Shown: positions 15,454-24,913, counted from the first letter of the stretch. The stretch: 38,142 nt of DNA from Dehalococcoidia bacterium (GCA_036514755.1 DATBWN010000063.1:1-38142); one strand, 5' to 3'. Notes: generated by a model not told the origin, from the sequence alone. A program made the numbers and translations.

Positions 15454-15570
15454 CGGCGATGAACGACGGCGAACAATAGGATTCGTGCGAGGTCTTGTTT
15501 CAGATTCAGGAGCGGACGGTTATGGATGGTAGCGGGCGGTGGCGACTGGAGCCGTCCGGACTCCGCATCG

Positions 15571-15619
15571 GTTTTACACACAGAAGGTCGCAGGTTCGAG
15601 CCCTGCATCGCCCACCAAG
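15571..15619 (+). repeat. att site (right): displaced partial 3' half of tRNA-Val
   Basis: 49/49 identity to 816..864. The upstream sequence cannot form a D arm, anticodon stem or acceptor 5' strand, so this is not a functional tRNA. Confidence 0.9.
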
Positions 15620-15621
15620 CG

Positions 15622-17610
15622 TTAGTTAGCGCCGAGCGCGGCGACGGCCTGGCGGCCGCTGCTGGCGTGCGTCGTCAGCTCGCTGATCCGCCAGGCGATG
15701 AGGTCGGCGTAGACCAGAGCTCCGTCCCGGTTGAGGTGGATGAGGTCGTCGCCAAAGAGCTCGGGCTTGTCTGAGCTCTCTGTTTGCCAGTCGACGAGGG
15801 CCACGTTGGCGTAGCGCTCGGCGGCCTCGGCCAAGTGACGGTTGTTGGCGTCCTGCCATGACCGCGGCACCTTGAGCGTCACCAGCAGCACGCGCCGCTC
15901 CGGCCCGACGACCGCCATGATCTCGTCCAGCTGGCGGCCGCTGAGCGTGCCGTTGTTGCCGATGTGCAGCAAGACGATGTCGCCCAGCTCACCGGCATCC
16001 AGGCGCTGCTTGAGGATGTTGACGACGGCCGCCGCCTGCCGGCCGACGGCCGCGTCGACGTCGATGCCGGGTACGAGGTAGGCCAGCCGGTAGGCGCCGC
16101 CCAGCATGACGGAGTCGCCCAGGGCCGTGACGCGCGACGACACGGCGATCGGGCCCGCCAGCCGCAGCAGGACCGGCCCGGTCTTCCCCAGGCAGCTGGC
16201 GAGGAACCAGTCGCGCTCCTGAGGCGATAGGTAGTCGGTGCCGCGGATAGCGGCGCAGTCGGCGCGGTTAGGTGGCTGCGCCTCCGCCGGCGTCTCCTCC
16301 TGAGTCGGGATCGTCCCGGTCAGCCAGAAGTCGGGTACGAACTCGGGCGCCGGCGAGCTGACGAGGCGGATCGCCATCGCCTGCGGGTAGGCGCTGGCCC
16401 GGCCCGGCGGCGAGACGCTGAAGGAGACGGCGATTCCGACCACCACCGGGACCGCGACCGGGATCGCCAGGAGAGTCGGCGCAAGGCGGAACCGGCCGAC
16501 GCCCGGACGCCGTCGCAGCAGGCTGCCGAGGGCGCCGCGACGCACCGGCTCCTCGACGAAGCGATAAGAGAAGGAGGCAATGAGCAGCGTCGCCGCCACG
16601 TAGCCGGCCAGGAGGGGGAGATCGGCCGTCGCCGGCCAGGCCAGGAGGAGGATGGGCCAGTGCCAGAGGTAGACGCCATAGGAGCGCATGCCCAGCCAGC
16701 GCAGGGGCGCCAAGGCCAGCGCCCGCGCCAGCAGCGTCGACGGCTGGGAAAGGAGGACGATGAGCGCCGCCGTGGCGAGGCCGACCACGAGGAAGCCGCC
16801 CCTGTACAGCAGGGGCGCGCCTTCGCCGAGGAAGACGCAGAGGCCGACGAGCAGCCCCAGCGCCGCCAGCGCCGCGGCGTTGAGGAAGACGGAGGCTACG
16901 AATCGCGACGGGCCGGGGAGCGAGAGCGGCGCCAGGGCCAGCGCGGCGCCCAGCAGCAGGCCGGAGAGGCGCGTGTCGCTGCCGTAATAGATGCGGGAGA
17001 CGTCGCCGGCGACGGGGTCGTAGAGGAGCGCCATCAGCAGTGCCGAGACGGCGGCGCCGGCGAGCGCCAGCGCGACGACGAAGCGGCGCCCCAGCCGCGT
17101 CAGGCCAAGGGCGACGATGAGCGGCCAGACAACATAGAACTGCCCCTCGACGGCGAGGGACCAGAGGTGGCGCAGCGGCGAAGGCTTGAACCAGGAGTCG
17201 AAGTAGGACTGGCCCTCAAGGATGAGCTGCCAGTTCGAGAGGTAGGCGACGCCGGCGAGGGCCTCGGTGCGCAGCCCGGCCAGGCCGGCCGGGTCAAAGG
17301 CGGCGCTGAGGACGAGCACGGCAAAGACGAACAGCAGGAGCGCGGGGAGCAGACGACGGGCGCGGCGCAGCCAGAACGCCCGCAGGTCTACGCGACCGCT
17401 CGCCCGCCACTCGGCGGCGAGGCCGCGCGTGATGAGGAAGCCGCTGAGCACGAAGAAGACCTCGACGCCCAGGAAGCCGCCCGGCAGCCAGGCGGGGTTG
17501 GCGTGGTAGATAAGGACGGCTACCACTGCCAGCGCCCGCAGCCCGTCAAGGGCGGGCAGCTGGTCGGCGCGGCTGGGAGCAGGCGCTGCGTGCATCCTCG
17601 CGCCTAGCAT
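15622..17610 (-). CDS. Acyltransferase family 3 membrane protein with C-terminal SGNH-like domain (OafA/OatA-type)
   Basis: LDGLRALAVVAVLIYHA and GVEVFFVLSGFLIT motifs. Many TM segments. The C-terminal soluble domain contains VTALGDSVMLGG. The start may instead be Met6 (17595). Confidence 0.8.
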   Translation of the reverse strand: MLGARMHAAPAPSRADQLPALDGLRALAVVAVLIYHANPAWLPGGFLGVEVFFVLSGFLITRGLAAEWRASGRVDLRAFWLRRARRLLPALLLFVFAVLVLSAAFDPAGLAGLRTEALAGVAYLSNWQLILEGQSYFDSWFKPSPLRHLWSLAVEGQFYVVWPLIVALGLTRLGRRFVVALALAGAAVSALLMALLYDPVAGDVSRIYYGSDTRLSGLLLGAALALAPLSLPGPSRFVASVFLNAAALAALGLLVGLCVFLGEGAPLLYRGGFLVVGLATAALIVLLSQPSTLLARALALAPLRWLGMRSYGVYLWHWPILLLAWPATADLPLLAGYVAATLLIASFSYRFVEEPVRRGALGSLLRRRPGVGRFRLAPTLLAIPVAVPVVVGIAVSFSVSPPGRASAYPQAMAIRLVSSPAPEFVPDFWLTGTIPTQEETPAEAQPPNRADCAAIRGTDYLSPQERDWFLASCLGKTGPVLLRLAGPIAVSSRVTALGDSVMLGGAYRLAYLVPGIDVDAAVGRQAAAVVNILKQRLDAGELGDIVLLHIGNNGTLSGRQLDEIMAVVGPERRVLLVTLKVPRSWQDANNRHLAEAAERYANVALVDWQTESSDKPELFGDDLIHLNRDGALVYADLIAWRISELTTHASSGRQAVAALGAN

Positions 17611-17790
17611 CGCCTGAGCGGGCCCGTTTTGGAAGAGGGTCGCGGGCGAAACCTTCGCGCCGACGGCGAAAAGCGCCGCGAGAAAGGCGCGCCGCCGGAG
17701 CCGGCGGCCGACGGAGCGTCGCCGGCCAGGGCTGGGCCGGCCGAGCTGAAATGAAAGGGTAGCAGTGGGGAATGCTCGCTTGCCGAAGAT

Positions 17791-17838
17791 GAAACAAGCA
17801 CTTAACGCGGTGTAATCTTCCTGACATCTGCCGTTAAC
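17791..17838 (+). promoter_or_regulatory. Phased pentamer array GAAAC/TTAAC/GTAAT/GACAT/GTTAA upstream of the orphan wHTH gene
   Basis: Pentamers start at 17791, 17802, 17812, 17823 and 17833, i.e. 10-11 bp apart, 26-73 bp upstream of the GTG at 17864. Confidence 0.3.
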
Positions 17839-17863
17839 ACGCCTTCGCTACCTTCTCGACATT

Positions 17864-18235
17864 GTGGAGTCGTTGATCCGTGAGCCGCCGGCCGAGGCGC
17901 CGGACGAGGGGCAGGACGCAGAACCCGAGGTCCTCACCTTCGCCAACCTGACGCTCAACCTCGCCAACTACCGCGTGACAGTCGGCCAGGAGCCGGTGGA
18001 GCTCACCTATCACGAGATGGAGGTGCTGCGCATCCTCCTGGCGAAGCCGGACCGCATCCACTCCTACGAGTCGCTGGCGGAGAGCCTCTGGGGCGACTCG
18101 AGCCGGCGCTCCATCCGCCACCTGAACGTGCTCATCCACCGCCTGCGAAGCAAGCTGGCGCACTCCTCCCAGTTCGCCATCGAGACGGTGCGGGGCCGCG
18201 GCTACGGCCTGCTCGCCTCGCGGGATTCGACGTGA
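17864..18235 (+). CDS. OmpR/PhoB-type winged-helix DNA-binding protein without receiver domain
   Basis: 123 aa. FANLTLNLANYRVTVGQEPVELTYHEMEVLRILLAKP...SLAESLWGD...IRHLNVLIHRLRSKL...IETVRGRGYGL is a Trans_reg_C pattern. The N-terminus has only ~25 acidic or Pro-rich residues. Confidence 0.8.
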   Translation: MESLIREPPAEAPDEGQDAEPEVLTFANLTLNLANYRVTVGQEPVELTYHEMEVLRILLAKPDRIHSYESLAESLWGDSSRRSIRHLNVLIHRLRSKLAHSSQFAIETVRGRGYGLLASRDST

Positions 18236-18359
18236 GCAAGCGCCGGCGGCCGTGCGTAACAAGCTCTTAAAGCGCATGTAACCGGCCGGACACTAAATGG
18301 AAACATCGGTCGCCTATGTTCTCGGCAAGCACCCCGTGCAGACAGAAGGGAAGGAGCCA

Positions 18360-19808
18360 ATGGCGTTCAGAGAAGCAAGCATTGGGGAGGAAGGCCCGGC
18401 GATGGGGGTCGTGAGAGCGCTGGCCGCGTCGAAGGTCTTCCGCATGACGCTCATGGGGATCTGCGTCATGCTCGTGGGCCTGACGGCTATGAAGGGCGTT
18501 GCGCTCGCAGACCCGGACCGCACGGGCGCGACGTTGCTCGAGGAGGACCCGAACCTCGCCGTCAACTTCGCCTGGACGCTCATCGCCGCATTCCTGGTCT
18601 TCTTCATGCAGGCCGGCTTCGCCCTCCTGGAGGCGGGATCGGTCCGCGCCAGGTCGGTGTCCAACGTCCTGACGAAGAACGTCGTCGACTTCCTCATGTG
18701 CGGCATGGCCTTCTGGGCCTTCGGCTTCGCCATCATGTTCGGCGGCTCCGCCTTCACGTCCGGCCTCGACGACGGCAACAAGATCTTCGGCTCGTCCGGC
18801 TGGTTCCTCGCCGGCGACGCTTATGACGTCAACACCTTCAAGCTCTGGTTCTTCCAGATGGTCTTCGCCGCCACGGCCGCGACGATCGTCTCCGGCACGA
18901 TGGCGGAGCGGACGAAGATCAACGCCTACATGGCGTACAGCTTCCTGATCAGCGCCATCATCTACCCGGTCTACGGCCACTGGATCTGGGGCGGCGGCTG
19001 GCTCGCTTCGATGGCCACGCCGGCCTGGGACTTCGCCGGCTCCGGCGTCGTCCACACGGTGGGCGGCACGGCGGCGCTCGTCGGCGGGCTGATGGTCGGC
19101 CCGCGCCTGGGCAAGTTCGGGCCGGACGGCAAGCCGCGGTCGATCCCCGGCCACAGCGTAACGCTCGTCGTGCTGGGGATGATGATCCTCTTTCTCGGCT
19201 GGTTCGGCTTCAACCCCGGCAGCACCCTGGCCGCGACGGAGCTGCGCATCTCGGTCATCGCCGTCAACACCTTCCTCGCCGGCGTCGCCGGCGGCCTCGC
19301 CGCCTACTACATCCGCTTCATCGAGACCGGCAAGGTCGACATCGCCGCGACGTGCTCCGGCATCATCGGCGGCCTGGTGGCGATCACGGCACCCTGCGCC
19401 TTCGTCGAGTCCTGGGCGGCGGTGGTCATCGGCGGCGTCGCCGGCCCGATCGTGGTCTACGGCGCCCGTTTCCTCGAGAGCGTCGTGAAGCTGGACGACC
19501 CGGTGTGGGCGGTGCCCTGCCACATGTTCTCCGGCCTCTGGGGCGTGCTCGCGGTCGGCATCTTCGCCGACGGCACCTACCTCGGGGTGTCGGGCCTGAT
19601 CGACGGCAACAGCAGCCAGATCGTCTCGCAGCTGATCAGCATGGTCGCCGTCGTCAGCTGGACGGCGATAACCTCGGCGCTCATCTTCGGCGGCATCAAG
19701 ATGACGATGGGCCTGCGGGTCTCTCACGAGGACGAGATCGCGGGCGTCGACGCCAGCGAGCACACGCAGATCGCCTACCCGGCGGACGAGCCGGTCATGG
19801 TCACGTAA
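18360..19808 (+). CDS. amt: Ammonium transporter (Amt family)
   Basis: AWTLIAAFLVFFMQAGFALLEAG, HTVGGTAALVGGLMVGPRLGKF and LGWFGFNPGS. The ORF track starts at 18297; ATG 18360 is preceded by AAGGAG and followed by a signal-like segment. Confidence 0.88.
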   Translation: MAFREASIGEEGPAMGVVRALAASKVFRMTLMGICVMLVGLTAMKGVALADPDRTGATLLEEDPNLAVNFAWTLIAAFLVFFMQAGFALLEAGSVRARSVSNVLTKNVVDFLMCGMAFWAFGFAIMFGGSAFTSGLDDGNKIFGSSGWFLAGDAYDVNTFKLWFFQMVFAATAATIVSGTMAERTKINAYMAYSFLISAIIYPVYGHWIWGGGWLASMATPAWDFAGSGVVHTVGGTAALVGGLMVGPRLGKFGPDGKPRSIPGHSVTLVVLGMMILFLGWFGFNPGSTLAATELRISVIAVNTFLAGVAGGLAAYYIRFIETGKVDIAATCSGIIGGLVAITAPCAFVESWAAVVIGGVAGPIVVYGARFLESVVKLDDPVWAVPCHMFSGLWGVLAVGIFADGTYLGVSGLIDGNSSQIVSQLISMVAVVSWTAITSALIFGGIKMTMGLRVSHEDEIAGVDASEHTQIAYPADEPVMVT

Positions 19809-19836
19809 TCGACTGGAAGTAGGGAGGTTAGAGAAG

Positions 19837-19914
19837 ATGGAGTTTATAGCTGTGGGAGCCTTCGCGGCGATGATCACGCTATTCGTCATCATCCCAACGA
19901 AGCTCCGGAAGTAG
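19837..19914 (+). CDS. 25-aa hydrophobic micro-protein MEFIAVGAFAAMITLFVIIPTKLRK
   Basis: Not in the ORF track (too short). ATG at 19837 is preceded by AGGGAGG (19821..19827). The sequence is one TM-length hydrophobic stretch followed by a basic tail. It lies between amt and the antiporter gene. Confidence 0.4.
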   Translation: MEFIAVGAFAAMITLFVIIPTKLRK

Positions 19915-19997
19915 CGCAGCCCCCTCCACGCGCGGAGAGGACGGGGCCGGGGGGCCCGTCCTCTCCGCCGTCGTAATCGCCGCGGAGCGGAGGAGCT

Positions 19998-21197
19998 ATG
20001 GAAGCGCAGTCCGACCTGCTGCTGGTGCTGGCGCTGATCCTGGTGGCGGGCAAGCTCGCCAGCCACCTGGGCCAGCGCGTCGGCCTGCCGACGGCGGTGG
20101 CGAAGATCTGCGTCGGCCTCGCCATCGGGCCGGCGGCGCTGGGCTTCGTCTCGGACGGCGGCACGCTGGAGGCGTTCTCGACGATCGGCGTCATCCTGCT
20201 GATGTTCCTGGCCGGCCTGGAGACGGACATGGCGACGATGCGCCGCGTGAGCCTGCCGGCCTTCGCCGTGGCCGTGGGCGGCGTGCTGCTGCCGTTCCTC
20301 GGCGGCGTCGGCATCGGCTACGCCTTCGGGCTCGAGGCGACGGAGACGCTGTTCCTGGGCGCGATCCTGACGGCGACGAGCGTCAGCATCTCGGCCCAGA
20401 CGCTGCGCGAGCTGGGGCGGCTGCAGAGCCGGGCCGGCACGGCGATCCTGGCGGCGGCGGTCATCGACGACGTCCTGGGTATCGTTATCCTCGCCTTTGT
20501 GTTCTCGCTGACGGGAGACGGCGACCCCGTGGTCGCCATCGGGAAGATGCTGGCCTTCCTGCCGCTGGCGTACCTGGCGGGCCGCGCGATCAGCGGCGGG
20601 CTGGGGCCGCGCATACACGCCCACCTCTCGGAGGACGCGCAGCTGGCGGTCGCCATCGCAGCGGCGCTTGCGCTGGCCTGGGCGGCGGAGCACCTGGGCG
20701 GCGTCGCGGCCGTCACCGGCGCCTACATGGCGGGCCTGCTCATCGCCCAGACGCCGCTGGGCGAGCGCGTGACGCACGGCCTCAACTGGGTGGGCTACAG
20801 CTTCTTCGTGCCGCTGTTCTTCGTCGCCATCGGGCTGAAGGCGGACTTCGCCAGCCTGGGCGAGGCGCCGTGGCTGGTCGTCGCGCTCATCGGCGTCGCC
20901 GTCGCCAGCAAGGTCATCGGCTGCTATGCCGGCGCGCGTCTGGGGCGCTTCGGCCACGGCGAGTCGGTTACGGTGGGCATCGGCATGATGTCACGCGGCG
21001 AGGTGGCGCTGGTCATCGCCGCAGCGGGCCTGGACGCCGGCGTGGTAGAGGGCAGCATCTTCTCGGCCGCGGTCCTGATGACGCTGACGACGACGCTGCT
21101 GACGCCCATCCTGCTCAAGCTCTGGACGGGCCGGGAGGAAGAGCCGGAGGCGGCGCTGGCGCCTTTCGCGGCGGCGCTGCCGGCGCTCGACTCCTGA
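19998..21197 (+). CDS. Cation:proton antiporter (CPA2 / Na+-H+ exchanger family)
   Basis: LLLVLALILVAGKLASHLGQRVGLPTAVAKICVGLAIGPAALGF and LLMFLAGLETD. Polytopic membrane protein. GGAGGAG SD upstream. Confidence 0.85.
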   Translation: MEAQSDLLLVLALILVAGKLASHLGQRVGLPTAVAKICVGLAIGPAALGFVSDGGTLEAFSTIGVILLMFLAGLETDMATMRRVSLPAFAVAVGGVLLPFLGGVGIGYAFGLEATETLFLGAILTATSVSISAQTLRELGRLQSRAGTAILAAAVIDDVLGIVILAFVFSLTGDGDPVVAIGKMLAFLPLAYLAGRAISGGLGPRIHAHLSEDAQLAVAIAAALALAWAAEHLGGVAAVTGAYMAGLLIAQTPLGERVTHGLNWVGYSFFVPLFFVAIGLKADFASLGEAPWLVVALIGVAVASKVIGCYAGARLGRFGHGESVTVGIGMMSRGEVALVIAAAGLDAGVVEGSIFSAAVLMTLTTTLLTPILLKLWTGREEEPEAALAPFAAALPALDS

Positions 21198-21208
21198 GTA
21201 GCCGGCGT

Positions 21209-22999
21209 CTAGCCGACGCCGATGTCCTGGTCCTTGTACTGCAGCTCGTAGAGGCGGAAGTAGGTGCCGCGGCGGGCCAGCAGCTCCTCGTGCGTGCCCT
21301 CCTCGACGATGCGGCCCTGGTGCAGGACGATGATCCGGTCGACGTAGCGGATCGTGTTCAGCCGGTGGGCGATGACGATGGCGGTGCGGCCCTGCATGAC
21401 GCTGCGCATGCTGCGCTGCAGCGTCGCCTCCGTCTCCGGGTCGATGCTCGCCGTCGCCTCGTCCATGACGAGGACGATGGCGGGGTCGAAGGCGGCGACG
21501 CGGGCCAGCGCTATCAGCTGCTTCTGGCCGGTCGATAGGTTGGCGCCGCGCTCGGCCAGGAGGCTGTCGTAGCCGTCGCGCATGCGGCCGATGAAGCCGT
21601 CGGCGCCGACGGTGCGCGCCGCCGTCTCCACCTGCGCCGGCGTGATCGACTCGTCGCGCATGCGGATGTTCTCGCGCAGGCTGTCCGTGAAGATGAAGGG
21701 GTCCTGGAGGACGAGGCCGACCTGGCGCCGCAGCTCACGCTGGCGCAGGCGGCGCACGGGCACGCCGTCGACGAGGATATCGCCGCGTTGGACGTCGTAG
21801 AAGCGGTTGAGCAGGTTCATCAGCGTCGACTTGCCGGCGCCCGTCGCGCCGACGACGGCGACGCGCTCGCCCGGCTGGATGAGGAAGGAGACGTCCTTCA
21901 GCACCCAGTTGCCCGGGTCGTAGGCGAACCAGACGTCGCGGAACTCGATGCGCCCCTCGATGCGCGGCAGAGCGACGGCGTCCGGGTCGTCGCGCACTCC
22001 TTCCGGCTCGTCCAGCACGCCGAAGATGCGCTCGCTGGAGGCCATGGCCTGCTGCAGGGTAGTAAAGCGCTCGGAGAGGTCGCGGATCGGCCAGTAGAAG
22101 CGCTGCATGTACTGGAGGAAGGCGATGAGCGTGCCCAGGGTTAGCGTCTCGTCCAGGACGCGGCCGCCGCCGTACCAGATGATCACGCCCGTCGTCACGG
22201 CGTTGAACAGCGTCACCGTCGGCTCGAACAGGGCGTAGAAGAAGACGGTGCGCAGGTTCGCGTCCAGCAAGCCCCTGCTGCGCTGGTCGAAGCGGGTGAG
22301 GTTCGCCCGCTGGCGGTTGAACAGCTGCACCACGGCCATGCCCGTGATGCACTCGTTCAGGTAGGCGTTGAGGCGGGCCAGCCAGGCCCGCTGGTCGCGG
22401 AAGGCGTCGCGCAGGATGAGCGCGAAGATGCGCACCACGTAGATCAGGGCCGGCAGCAGGACGACCATCGCCAGGGCGAGGCGCCAGTCGAGGAGGACGA
22501 GGACGCCGACGATTACGACGAGGGTGAGGACGTTGGTCACGGCTTCGACGACGCCCTGCGAGAGCACCTCTTCCAGCGTCGAGACGTCGTTGGTCAGGCG
22601 CGTGACCAGGCGGCCCACCGGGTTGCGGTCGAAGAAGGCGATGGACATGCGCTGCAGGTGGGCGAAGAGCTGCAGGCGTAGGTCCATCATCGCCCGCTGG
22701 CCGATGTAGGTCATGAGCACGGCCTGACCGAAGGAGAGGACGAAGACGGCGCCGAGGACGCCGAGGTAGAGGAGAACAAGCTCGCCGAGGCGGTCGTCGC
22801 GGCGCTGCTGGATCTGCCCGTCCACCGCCTCGCGCACGATGAGCGGCCCAACCGCGTTGAGCATCGCCGCGGCGATGACGAGGGCGAGCGTGAGGAAGAG
22901 GACGTTCAGGTAGGGGCGCAGGTAGCCGCCCAGCCGCCGGACGATGCGTCCGTCGTAGGGGCGCCCGAACTCCTCCTCTTCGAAGAAGTGCTCGCTCAA
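21209..22999 (-). CDS. ABC exporter, fused permease/ATPase (subunit 2 of heterodimer)
   Basis: Six-TM N-terminal domain. Walker A GATGAGKST, signature LSTGQKQ, Walker B LVMDEATASID. TTG start overlaps the upstream stop (TTGA). Confidence 0.88.
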   Translation of the reverse strand: MSEHFFEEEEFGRPYDGRIVRRLGGYLRPYLNVLFLTLALVIAAAMLNAVGPLIVREAVDGQIQQRRDDRLGELVLLYLGVLGAVFVLSFGQAVLMTYIGQRAMMDLRLQLFAHLQRMSIAFFDRNPVGRLVTRLTNDVSTLEEVLSQGVVEAVTNVLTLVVIVGVLVLLDWRLALAMVVLLPALIYVVRIFALILRDAFRDQRAWLARLNAYLNECITGMAVVQLFNRQRANLTRFDQRSRGLLDANLRTVFFYALFEPTVTLFNAVTTGVIIWYGGGRVLDETLTLGTLIAFLQYMQRFYWPIRDLSERFTTLQQAMASSERIFGVLDEPEGVRDDPDAVALPRIEGRIEFRDVWFAYDPGNWVLKDVSFLIQPGERVAVVGATGAGKSTLMNLLNRFYDVQRGDILVDGVPVRRLRQRELRRQVGLVLQDPFIFTDSLRENIRMRDESITPAQVETAARTVGADGFIGRMRDGYDSLLAERGANLSTGQKQLIALARVAAFDPAIVLVMDEATASIDPETEATLQRSMRSVMQGRTAIVIAHRLNTIRYVDRIIVLHQGRIVEEGTHEELLARRGTYFRLYELQYKDQDIGVG

Positions 23000-24756
23000 G
23001 CCGGCTCCCCCCTGGCGCCATCGCCGCTCGGCGCCGGCGTCTCTTCCTCGATCTGCTCGGCGAGAAGCTGGCGGCGGTAGAAGCGGGCGTAAACGCCGTC
23101 GCGGGCGATGAGCTCTTCGTGCGTCCCCACCTCGGCGACGCGGCCGTCGTCCAGGACGACGATGAAGTCGGCCGCGGCCACGGTCGACGTGCGGTGGGCG
23201 ATGAGCACCGTCGTGCGCTCGCGCATGAAGTCGCGCAGGCGGGAGAGGATCGCCTCCTCCGTATGCGTGTCGACGTGGGCGAGGGCGTCGTCGAGGACGA
23301 CGACGGGCGAGGCCTTGAGGAGGGCGCGGGCGAGGGCAGTGCGCTGCTTCTGGCCGCCGGAGAGTGTCAGGCCGCGCTCGCCGATGACCGTATCGAGGCC
23401 ACCGGTGAGCTGCGGCAGGTCGTTCACCAGCTGCGAGGTCGCCACGGCGAAGTCGAGCTCGGCGGGCGTGGCGTCCTCGCGGGCGAGGGCGATGTTCTCG
23501 CGCAGGCTCTCGGAGAAGAGGAAGGTCTCCTGCGGCACGACGGCGACGAGGTCGCGCAGGTTAGCGAGGGACAGCCGGCGCACGTCGACGCCGTCCAGGA
23601 GCACCTGGCCCTGCGACGGGTCGTAGAGGCGGACGAGGAGGTTGACGAGGGTGGTCTTGCCGGCGCCCGTGCCGCCGACGATGGCGACGGTCCGGCCCGC
23701 CGGCACCTTGAGGCTGACGCCGCGCAGCACCGGGCTGCCGTCGTAGCCGAAGGTGACGTCGCGGAACTCGATCTCGCCGCGAGGCCGCTCGATGACGGCC
23801 GGCGTCGCCGGGTCGTCGATGCGCGGCGCGGCGGCGAAGACCTCGTTGACGCGGCGCAGGGAGGCGAGGCCCTGCTGGAACATCGTCGCCGTCCAGCCCA
23901 GCGAGACCAGCGGGTTGGTGAGGATAGCGAGATAGGCGCTGAACTGGACGAACTCGCCGACCGAGAGGCGGCCGGCGACGACGTCGCGGCCGCCGAACCA
24001 GAGGACGAGGGCGACGGAGGCGCCGGCCGCCAAGCTCAGCAGCGGCCAGAAGGAGCCCATCCAGTAAGCCCAGGCCATCGTGCGGCGCATGAGCTCCTGG
24101 TTGGCGCCCGTGAAGGCGGCCGACTCCGAGTCCTCCTGGGCGTAGGCCTTGATCGTCCGGATGCCCGAGATGTTCTCCTGCACCCGGTTCGAGATCTCGC
24201 CGAACTGGTCCTGCACCTCGCGATAGCGGCGCTCCATCGTGTCGCGGAAGCGGACCAGGAGGATGGCGATGGCGGGGAAGTAGCCGAGGGAGATGAGCGC
24301 CAGACGGACGTCGATGGTGAGCATGAAGAGGAAGCCGGCCAGCATCATGGTTACGGCGCGGCTTATCTCGAGCGCGGAGGGGCCGGCCAGCTCGCGGACG
24401 CGCTGCATATCGTTGCTGCAGCGGGCCATGAGGTCGCCGGTCTGGGCGCCGACGTAGTAGGACTGGTCGAGGCGCATGAGGTGGGCGACGAGGTCGTTGC
24501 GCATCTCGTACTCGACGTGGCGGGAGCCGCCGGAGATGAGGACGCGAGAGGCGAGGCGCAGCCCTCCCTCAAACAACGCGAGGACGAGGATCAGGCCGAA
24601 GTAGGCGGCGAGCCTGGCGCGCGTCGTGCCGGAGTCGATCGCGTCGATGGCGTCGCGGATGATGACGGGCGGCAGCATGACGACGACGGAGGCGCCGACC
24701 ATGAAGACGAAGCCGAGCAGGTAGCGCCACTTGTAGCGCGCAAGGTAGTAGAGCAA
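22996..24756 (-). CDS. ABC exporter, fused permease/ATPase (subunit 1 of heterodimer)
   Basis: Walker A GGTGAGKTT, signature LSGGQKQR, Walker B VVLDDALAHVD. TTG start. Confidence 0.88.
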   Translation of the reverse strand: MLYYLARYKWRYLLGFVFMVGASVVVMLPPVIIRDAIDAIDSGTTRARLAAYFGLILVLALFEGGLRLASRVLISGGSRHVEYEMRNDLVAHLMRLDQSYYVGAQTGDLMARCSNDMQRVRELAGPSALEISRAVTMMLAGFLFMLTIDVRLALISLGYFPAIAILLVRFRDTMERRYREVQDQFGEISNRVQENISGIRTIKAYAQEDSESAAFTGANQELMRRTMAWAYWMGSFWPLLSLAAGASVALVLWFGGRDVVAGRLSVGEFVQFSAYLAILTNPLVSLGWTATMFQQGLASLRRVNEVFAAAPRIDDPATPAVIERPRGEIEFRDVTFGYDGSPVLRGVSLKVPAGRTVAIVGGTGAGKTTLVNLLVRLYDPSQGQVLLDGVDVRRLSLANLRDLVAVVPQETFLFSESLRENIALAREDATPAELDFAVATSQLVNDLPQLTGGLDTVIGERGLTLSGGQKQRTALARALLKASPVVVLDDALAHVDTHTEEAILSRLRDFMRERTTVLIAHRTSTVAAADFIVVLDDGRVAEVGTHEELIARDGVYARFYRRQLLAEQIEEETPAPSGDGARGEPA

Positions 24757-24913
24757 GCGGTTGCGTCGCAGGGTGAAAGCCTCACTGAGCTAAACGCCGA
24801 AAGGCTGCGTCTCCGAGGAGGCGGCAGCCGGAGTGATGGCGCGGCCGGGCGATCAAGCTATGTTAGCGTAAGCGGCGCCGTCGTTCACCGCGTGCTTCCG
24901 CGGAGGCAGTGGG

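Larger units (their letters stand above)
816..15619. mobile_element. Integrative element (genomic island / satellite-like) inserted in tRNA-Val
   Basis: Perfect 49-bp direct repeats at both ends. A tyrosine integrase lies next to the intact tRNA. Excisionase-type HTH genes, a Toprim/DUF3631 replication gene and repeated arm-type sites are inside both ends. G+C is visibly lower than in the flanks (not computed). IS and gene fragments are present inside. Confidence 0.85.

Noticed and set aside
15526-15774. 82-aa ORF covering the right att site, or a possible second tRNA-Val
   Set aside because: Only the anticodon loop to the 3' end is duplicated. The upstream bases cannot form the acceptor 5' strand, D arm or anticodon stem. 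The ORF merely reads through the tRNA fragment and the antisense of the acyltransferase 3' end.
18267-20957. 896-aa ORF on the minus strand spanning amt and the antiporter gene
   Set aside because: It is antisense to two genes with clear family motifs. The composition is extremely Arg/Ala/Asp/Gly/Pro-rich with no recognisable motifs, a typical high-G+C shadow ORF.
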